DNA from: Candidatus Uhrbacteria bacterium
GTDB taxonomy: Bacteria; Patescibacteriota; Patescibacteriia; UBA9934
NCBI GenBank assembly: GCA_963822405.1
Contig: CAWGHH010000002.1
Location: 266,766-330,765, forward strand
Direction: 5' to 3'
DNA: 64,000 nucleotides
Each line of letters opens with the position of its first letter. Within the stretch, counting starts at the first letter, position 1. Below, piece by piece: positions 58,288 to 64,000 of the stretch. A program made the translations under genes and the position numbers. The notes under the pieces are model-generated. The model ran no database searches and had not been told where the DNA came from. It was given only the letters and a program-made list of their open reading frames with translations.

Positions 58288-59439
58288 ATGAAATGTCCTA
58301 ATCCCGAACGTTGCGGCTCTTGTGGCTGGTCTCATATCTCCTACGAGAAACAGCTCAAGCAAAAGCTCTCTGATATCAACGGTTCTTTTGCCATTAAAAA
58401 ATTAGATTTGAAGGTCGAGGAAATCGCCGCCTCTCCTATCACCCATCACTACCGTAATCGAATGGATTTTGTAATTGATTGGCAGGGCAACGTCGGCCTG
58501 CGTGAAAAGGGCAAGTGGTGGAGCGTGATCGACAATCATCCTTGTTTCATTGCTGACCAAAAAATCGAAGACGCGTTTTTCATCACCCGCGACTGGGCAA
58601 AGAAATGTGGTCTATCGTTCTGCGACCGAAAAGCTAACACTGGGTTCTTGCGCTACGCCGTCATTCGTTCAACGACTCTCGGCGAAACCATGATCATCAT
58701 CGTCACCAGCGCACCAAAGGATGCGGACGAAGAAGCAGCCGCCAAAAAAGCGCTCGAGGAATTAACTGTCTTATCGAAAGCAACCACGGTGGTCTGGTCA
58801 ATCAACCACACCATTAGCGATGTATCGTTCGGCGACGAACTTAGAACCATCTCTGGTCCTGGTGTTATCGAGGAAACAATTGCCGGTTATCGCTACAAGA
58901 TCTCTCCAAACGCGTTCTTCCAAACCAACCCACACGGTGCGGCGCAATTATTGGATACTGTTCGCGAATACGCGACCAGTGGGTCGACAGAGACGTCGAC
59001 CCCTACATCGGAACAAACGTTATTGGATCTCTACTGCGGAACTGGGTTCTTCGCTGTTGCCCTGGCCGCCTCATTCAAGAAAACAATCGGCGTAGAAATG
59101 GTCAAGGAAGCGATCGTGGACGCTAAAGTCAACGCAGAATTGAACAATGCAATGGTCGAGTTTCACGACGTAAAAACCGAAGACTTCGACTGGATGAAAA
59201 TTGGTGCTGACGTTGTCATCCTTGATCCACCACGTGGTGGCATGGTGGACAAAGCCCTCCAGGATATAATTGCCGCCAAGCCCGAAACCATTGTCTACGT
59301 CTCCTGTAACTACAAAAACTTCGCCCGCGAAATGGTGATCCTGCAAAAGTACTACGACGTCGAAGCCATGCGAGCTATAGACATGTTCCCCCACACGCCA
59401 CATGTGGAGCTGGTAACTAAGCTTGTGCGTAAGGTCTAG
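58288..59439 (+). CDS. 23S rRNA (uracil-5)-methyltransferase RlmD/RumA family
   Basis: Start MKCPNPERCGSCGW (Fe-S Cys cluster). SAM motifs LLDLYCGTGFF and ILDPPRGG. Contains a repeat-derived SGSTETSTPTSEQ insert. Confidence 0.8.
   Translation: MKCPNPERCGSCGWSHISYEKQLKQKLSDINGSFAIKKLDLKVEEIAASPITHHYRNRMDFVIDWQGNVGLREKGKWWSVIDNHPCFIADQKIEDAFFITRDWAKKCGLSFCDRKANTGFLRYAVIRSTTLGETMIIIVTSAPKDADEEAAAKKALEELTVLSKATTVVWSINHTISDVSFGDELRTISGPGVIEETIAGYRYKISPNAFFQTNPHGAAQLLDTVREYATSGSTETSTPTSEQTLLDLYCGTGFFAVALAASFKKTIGVEMVKEAIVDAKVNAELNNAMVEFHDVKTEDFDWMKIGADVVILDPPRGGMVDKALQDIIAAKPETIVYVSCNYKNFAREMVILQKYYDVEAMRAIDMFPHTPHVELVTKLVRKV
58980..59011. repeat. GGGTCGAC-hairpin repeat, copy inside rlmD coding sequence
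   Basis: tgggtcgacagagacgtcgacccctacatcgg, versus tgggtcgacagaggcgtcgacccctactctg at 61040-61070 (28/31 identical). Internal 8-bp palindrome GGGTCGAC/GTCGACCC. Confidence 0.6.
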
Positions 59440-59450
59440 CCTCTCGGCGT

Positions 59451-59581
59451 AAGGGTTTGGCTCGCCCGTAGGGCTACGCCCGAGGGCGCCGCCAAACCCT
59501 TAACACCAAAACCCCGGAGTAAAATCCGGGGTTTTGGTTTGTAAATAGAAAAACCCCCCTCGGCGTATGCTCAGAGGGGGG
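59451..59581. terminator. Cluster of three strong hairpins (terminators for convergent rlmD and uppS)
   Basis: 11-bp stem aagggtttggc/gccaaaccctt enclosing two GC hairpins. aaaaccccgga-gtaaaa-tccggggtttt. cccccctc-ggcgtatgctca-gagggggg. Confidence 0.6.
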
Positions 59582-60213
59582 TTGAGGTATTCTTGCCTGT
59601 TGTTCGTGCCTTTCGTCGGCCATGGTCAGGTGACCAACCTCCGTCAGTGGAGGCTTTCTCGAATTGTTTTCGCATCGCATGATGCTCAATGACTTTCGTC
59701 AGAACTTCACGCGATCGAAGGGTGAGAATAGACGGCCCCCGTAGAGGCTCAACCCGCATAGTTGGTGCATTGGCCTCCAACCTTTATGCGCACGTCTTCT
59801 TGAGACGGCGGGGACTGGCGCTGTCCATTAGGACCAACGTTCCGCGAACTAATTTGACCCGGCAGAGTTATTCATGAAGTGATAGTTCGTCGGGTTTTGG
59901 ACCCGAGAATCGCTGCTAGCAGCCGAACCATCGCTCTTCTGCTGACTCGATCTCGAACTCGACTCTCGAGCTCGGACACGCGCCCTGGCACAGCCCTGGC
60001 GGCGCATTCTGTCTTCGACGTTCTTGAACGCAGGCCTTGATCACGAGGTATTGCTCCCCGCACAAATAGGCAATACTGCGCTTTGCTCAAGTCCGCTTTA
60101 TGGTCGTTCCACGCCACGGACAAAAAGTAGCATACACCAAAATAGCACTTTTGTCAAATAAATACAGTATAAATAGCCAAAGAAAGTTGAAAAAGTTAAA
60201 AAGGTTAAAAACG

Positions 60214-60996
60214 TTATTTCCCGAATCGGCGCTGTCTCGCTTGGAACGATCGAAGCGCTCGAAGAAAATCTATTCGTCTAAAAGCTGGCCAGTTTACGTC
60301 GAGGAAATAGTATTCGGAGTAGGCGGCTTGCCAAAGGAGGAAACCGGAAAGCCGAACCTCGCCGCTCGTGCGAATAATAAAGTCAGGATCGGGCACGTTG
60401 CCGCTGTATAGATGCGTCGAAAGTGATTCCTCGGTCAGTCCGTCGATCGCGTTGCGTAATGACTCCCCCGCTTTTTCAGCCGTCGACAAATACGCCTTAG
60501 CCGCGTCGACAATCTCCTCGCGTCCACCGTAACCGAGAGCCAGCTGAACGAGCATGCCCTTGCGGTTGGCGGTTGTTTGTTCGAGCTTCGCTAACGCCTC
60601 ACGTACTTCGGTCGGCATTAAATCAATTCGACCGATAGCTCTCACTCGAATATCGTTCTTTATAAAATCTTCATCCACCATCATCGCCTTAGCTTGCTCG
60701 ATAATAAGATCCATCAGTCCTTTTACTTCTGCTGGTTCTCGCGAAAAATTTTGCGTGCTAAATCCCCAAACTGTGACGACGGGAATCTTAAATTCAATAC
60801 ACCAAGAAAATAGTTGTTTCACTTTCTTCGCCCCATACTTATGTCCTTCGGCTACCGGTAGACCGAGCGACTTGGCGTAGCGTCGGTTACCGTCAAGAAT
60901 AACTCCAAGATGCTTCGGCGCTGGACCGAGCAGAAGTTTCTTGGCGAGACGTTTCTCGTAAACTAGGTAGAGAATGTACTTGAGTATTTGTTTCAT
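60214..60996 (-). CDS. uppS: Undecaprenyl-diphosphate synthase (isoprenyl transferase)
   Basis: HLGVILDGNRRYAKS, VTVWGFSTQNFSR, RTSGEVRLSGFLLWQAAYSE. Start set at MKQ; the track ORF begins at TTG 61038. Confidence 0.9.
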   Translation of the reverse strand: MKQILKYILYLVYEKRLAKKLLLGPAPKHLGVILDGNRRYAKSLGLPVAEGHKYGAKKVKQLFSWCIEFKIPVVTVWGFSTQNFSREPAEVKGLMDLIIEQAKAMMVDEDFIKNDIRVRAIGRIDLMPTEVREALAKLEQTTANRKGMLVQLALGYGGREEIVDAAKAYLSTAEKAGESLRNAIDGLTEESLSTHLYSGNVPDPDFIIRTSGEVRLSGFLLWQAAYSEYYFLDVNWPAFRRIDFLRALRSFQARQRRFGK

Positions 60997-61039
60997 AGAA
61001 GAAGGCCCGGCAGGTTTCCCCACCAGGCCCTTCATCAAA

Positions 61040-61070
61040 TGGGTCGACAGAGGCGTCGACCCCTACTCTG
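61040..61070. repeat. GGGTCGAC-hairpin repeat, copy in the uppS 5' leader
   Basis: See 58980-59011. Lies 1-2 nt upstream of the uppS track start. Confidence 0.6.
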
Positions 61071-61074
61071 AAAA

Positions 61075-61938
61075 CTAGGAATTCATCGCAGCTTCCATCG
61101 CGCTTGCGCGGGAGACGGACAACTTGCGGTAGGCCAAAGCGTAAGATAGGAAACCACCAATAGATACAAGAACCATCCAACAGAACAAGGCAACTCCAAG
61201 AATCAAACCTACAAGACCCATGAGAATTACACCAATTGTAGCCATCTTCATCAAAGCGAGAACGCCCATGAGCATGACGACGACACCGAAAATTTCGTAG
61301 GCTGGCAAAATTGCAATGTAAGCAATGAGTGCAATAGCTGCAGAAAGAAGAGCGATGCTCAAGAGATCGCCGTTCGTTAGAGCCCAGCTAGCCTTAAGAG
61401 CTTGCACTGGGCCAACGTCTTTTCTGTCCACGATGGTGAAGAGAGCAAAAGTACAGCCAAGACCAATCATGATGCCTGGGATAACAAGGACTACGAGACC
61501 AACGGCTACCGCTACGAGATACAAAACGTAAGTCAAAATAGCCACGCCAATCAACTTACCGTCAAAAGCAAAAATCTCATTGATCGAGAGCTTCTTACCG
61601 TCTACTACGGCTAGAGACAAACGAATCGCGCCAACACCAACCGCCAAAGAGAATAAAACCAGCAACACGAATGACAACATGCTAACGAGCCATCCCGGAA
61701 GAATTGCTCCGAGGATAGCTGAAACGATCACGATTGCCAGGAAACCAGCACAAGTTACAATAACGAATTTTACGAACTGACCCCATGTCTTAACCGCTAG
61801 CTCAACACCCTGAGTTGCGAGCTGTCCCGGTGAAAGTGTCTCGGCCTGTTTCCAGGTAAAATTCATGTTCATAGAAATCATTAAAGATTTGCTATAGTTT
61901 ACTACAGATTCTGGTGAGTCGCAACCAAAGTTGTACAA
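61075..61938 (-). CDS. Polytopic membrane protein, unknown function
   Basis: 287 aa, about 6 TM helices. Confidence 0.45.
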   Translation of the reverse strand: MYNFGCDSPESVVNYSKSLMISMNMNFTWKQAETLSPGQLATQGVELAVKTWGQFVKFVIVTCAGFLAIVIVSAILGAILPGWLVSMLSFVLLVLFSLAVGVGAIRLSLAVVDGKKLSINEIFAFDGKLIGVAILTYVLYLVAVAVGLVVLVIPGIMIGLGCTFALFTIVDRKDVGPVQALKASWALTNGDLLSIALLSAAIALIAYIAILPAYEIFGVVVMLMGVLALMKMATIGVILMGLVGLILGVALFCWMVLVSIGGFLSYALAYRKLSVSRASAMEAAMNS

Positions 61939-61970
61939 AACTCAAATCTTCTGTATCATCTAGCCCTTAT

Positions 61971-62822
61971 ATGAAATCTGGATTCGTCGCTATCATTGGC
62001 CGTTCTAACGTGGGTAAATCCACGCTTCTTAACGCGCTCGTAGGTTCTAAGGTGGCCATCACTACCCCAAAGCCTCAAACTACCCGTCAGCCTATTCAAG
62101 GCGTTATCTCTTCCCCTCGTGGTCAGGCTGTTATGGTTGATACCCCAGGTATCATGCAGAAAGCTCGTGACCAGCTAACCAAACGTCTTCTCCAGTACGC
62201 TAAAGATTCGCTAAAAGAAGTAGATGCGATCTTGTACGTTGTGGATCCAACTCGTGCGGTAGGCGACGAAGAAAAACAAGCTTTCAAATTAATTGAACAC
62301 GCTACCCAACCAAAACTTTTAGTCATTAACAAAGTTGATGACAAGGACGCTCGTAGATATATTGACTACTATCGTGACTTAGCAAAACAGTTTGACGCTT
62401 ACGCTGAAGTTTCAGCCAAAGCTGGAACGGACATGGACATGGTGAAGAACTGGATCTTTGATCAGCTCCCAGAAGGCGAATACATGTACCCTGAGTTCCA
62501 AGTAACAAACCAAAGCAATGAAACCTGGATGGCCGAGCTCATCCGCGAAAAATTGTTCTTGCGTCTGCGTGAAGAAGTTCCATACTCTACTCACGTAGAA
62601 GTCAACGAAATCACAACTCGCAAAGATGGCACTGTTTATGTGAACGCCACCATCTTTACCAGCGCTGAACGCTATAAGCCGATGATCATTGGTGCCGGTG
62701 GACGTGGCATTAAAGAAATTGGCCAATCAACTCGCCGGGAACTTGAGGCCGTAGGCAACAAGAAGTATTTCCTGGACCTACATGTAGAAGTTGATCCGCA
62801 GTGGTTTGATAAGATCACGTAG
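61971..62822 (+). CDS. era: GTPase Era
   Basis: MKSGFVAIIGRSNVGKSTLLN (G1), DTPG (G3), NKVD (G4), C-terminal KH domain. The track ORF starts upstream at 61914. Confidence 0.9.
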   Translation: MKSGFVAIIGRSNVGKSTLLNALVGSKVAITTPKPQTTRQPIQGVISSPRGQAVMVDTPGIMQKARDQLTKRLLQYAKDSLKEVDAILYVVDPTRAVGDEEKQAFKLIEHATQPKLLVINKVDDKDARRYIDYYRDLAKQFDAYAEVSAKAGTDMDMVKNWIFDQLPEGEYMYPEFQVTNQSNETWMAELIREKLFLRLREEVPYSTHVEVNEITTRKDGTVYVNATIFTSAERYKPMIIGAGGRGIKEIGQSTRRELEAVGNKKYFLDLHVEVDPQWFDKIT

Positions 62823-62823
62823 C

Positions 62824-62906
62824 AAAACAAAACAGTCAGTACTGCTTCGGAAATGGAGTCGGATTACCTCCTGGCATTTCCTCAGCAGTACTGACTGTTT
62901 TGTTTT
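62824..62906. terminator. 22-bp perfect inverted repeat (bidirectional terminator) between era and a convergent lipoprotein gene
   Basis: aaaacaaaacagtcagtactgc ... gcagtactgactgttttgtttt, with a 39-nt loop containing a nested ggaaatg/catttcc pair. A/T runs on both sides. Confidence 0.7.
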
Positions 62907-62909
62907 ACC

Positions 62910-63824
62910 TTATTCCACGAGTTCATTCGGCCGTTGCATTGTGACGCTCGTGATTGAATAACCAAGATCATTTTTAAGCTCGGATAGTGACGTGAACATC
63001 CCTGGACCAAGTGCCCATGGCAATAACGCAACCTTTAAGATAATCGGATTATCAGAGTTAGCTAGAATCGTATAGTTCGCGAAAGCGTTCGAAGCCTCGA
63101 TCGTTTTAACTTGAACGTCTACCCTATTTATTTTTAAATCATAACTCCCCCAATCGCCCTTAGCCGTTAATTTTGTAAAATCTTTATTAGTTGTTGGCGA
63201 GTCTGCAATCTTCCCCTGGAGTTTATCAAGTGCTGACTTGGCCGAGTCAGTGAAATCTAGCGCGTCCTTCAGTGTAGAGTCGAACAGCCCTAATTGGACG
63301 TGAGACGAACGAGTTGCGACCAACTCATCATACTGAGCCTTTGACAACCAAATTATACTGTCACTGGTTTGAGATACATCGTACTCATCTTCCGGCCAGT
63401 ATGATGGCAACAACAGACGTTCTGCGTTGCCGAGCGCATCGGTTCGAACCACTCCCTTGAGCGTCACTTGTTCATATACTGGCTCAGGAATTTTTGTCGC
63501 CTCACCCACTGGTGAATGAGTCATGGCGTATTCTCTGGCCGTTTTGCTGGCAGAAGTTTCTCGTTTCACATCCATCATCCAAGAAAGAACCGCAAAAACT
63601 CCAGCTTGGTGTTCTTCAACAGTAACATTCTTGACGGACGGCGCGTCACCAAGACCAAAAGAAAATGCGCTCTGAGAAATAGCGAATGAGTCGCCAACCA
63701 TTAAATCCAGCTTCTCAGCATCAAACTCTGGTAACTTTTCACCAAACGGCAAAGATACACATCCAGCGCCTAGGAAAAGCGGGGTTAACAACCCCGCCAT
63801 AGCGAGAATGAGTCGAGATCGCAT
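62910..63824 (-). CDS. Lipoprotein, unknown function
   Basis: Start MRSRLILAMAGLLTPLFLGAGCVS (lipobox). The track ORF extends upstream to 63926 across the preceding stop context. Confidence 0.5.
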   Translation of the reverse strand: MRSRLILAMAGLLTPLFLGAGCVSLPFGEKLPEFDAEKLDLMVGDSFAISQSAFSFGLGDAPSVKNVTVEEHQAGVFAVLSWMMDVKRETSASKTAREYAMTHSPVGEATKIPEPVYEQVTLKGVVRTDALGNAERLLLPSYWPEDEYDVSQTSDSIIWLSKAQYDELVATRSSHVQLGLFDSTLKDALDFTDSAKSALDKLQGKIADSPTTNKDFTKLTAKGDWGSYDLKINRVDVQVKTIEASNAFANYTILANSDNPIILKVALLPWALGPGMFTSLSELKNDLGYSITSVTMQRPNELVE

Positions 63825-63825
63825 A

Positions 63826-64000
63826 TTATTTCTTGCCGCTAGCCCATTCCATGATTTTTTCTTTGTTCGCTGATCCGCAGATGAATGCGTCTGTTTCCGT
63901 ATTGTGAAAAAATGGAACCCCGCCACATCTACCCTCGTCTACTGCTTCTAGCTTTTTCAAGTTATCCGCGTTATTCCAAACCTCGAGCTTTTCGATCTTC
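63826..64000 (-). CDS. Thioredoxin/glutaredoxin-like small protein, partial (N-terminus beyond window)
   Basis: Minus-strand ...KIEKLEVWNNADNLKKLEAVDEGRCGGVPFFHNTETDAFICGSANKEKIMEWASGKK-stop. GGVPxF...G pattern resembles the glutaredoxin C-terminal half. Confidence 0.3.
   Translation of the reverse strand, partial: KIEKLEVWNNADNLKKLEAVDEGRCGGVPFFHNTETDAFICGSANKEKIMEWASGKK

Noticed and set aside
59590-60213. RNase P RNA, tmRNA or SRP RNA in the long intergenic region
   Set aside because: Hallmark conserved stretches (GGAAAGTCCGG; tRNA-like TTCGAATCC 3' end; GGUCAGGUCCGGAAGGAAGCAGC) are not found on either strand. Left as an unassigned region.
60893-61180. 95-aa minus-strand ORF spanning the uppS start and repeat
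   Set aside because: It overlaps the uppS 5' end and the hairpin repeat out of frame, with Arg/Ser-rich composition.

Overview
This 64-kb window is gene-dense bacterial chromosome, about 48-50% GC, with standard stop-codon usage. It is mostly housekeeping DNA with two small accessory patches. The gene content is consistent with a small-genome, Gram-positive-type or CPR/Patescibacteria-like bacterium, though the lineage cannot be settled from sequence alone. The evidence is tight or overlapping genes, rpoA lacking the alpha C-terminal domain, a PriA with a degenerate Walker A, a CIRCE/HrcA operator, and TagA/TagD-like genes.

Core genes in order:
- lexA (partial at the window edge, minus strand).
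- A UvrD-type helicase fused to a Cas4/AddB-like nuclease.
- mreB-mreC-mreD-mrdA.
- greA-lysS, a cytidylyltransferase, serS-alr, an FtsQ-like protein, a cupin and bcp.
- An M23 peptidase, gltX, a TagA/WecB glycosyltransferase, and clpB preceded by a perfect CIRCE.
- pyrD, then a divergent type II R-M pair with an HTH-fused m5C methyltransferase and an operator palindrome.
- A PIN-like nuclease plus a Cas2-like small protein, then ppa.
- priA-def-fmt.
- A surface-polysaccharide locus: O-antigen-ligase-like protein, DUF2207-LemA, 2x GT2, GT4, flippase.
- rpsI-rplM and rplQ-rpoA-rpsD-rpsK-rpsM-rpmJ-infA.
- A RimK-like ATP-grasp ligase with two paralogous membrane-anchored proteins.
- alaS, murJ, a TSP3/PKD surface protein and a GT2.
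- tRNA-Arg(CCG), trmH, rlmD, uppS and era.

No transposase, integrase, rRNA or CRISPR array was seen.

Main observations:
- A roughly 110-nt cloverleaf-like structured repeat occurs twice, in the uvrD and alr leaders. Its third hairpin differs in sequence between copies but pairs perfectly in both.
- Short palindromic repeats are embedded in-frame in coding genes: a GT4, an O-antigen ligase and rlmD.
- Three apparent single-base frameshifts fall in pyrD, def and alaS. They are more likely assembly errors than true pseudogenes.
- A small defence-like island sits between pyrD and ppa.
- An AT-rich cluster of small membrane or secreted proteins lies divergent to lexA.
- An ORF-free, GC-rich 770-bp convergent intergenic region sits between rlmD and uppS.
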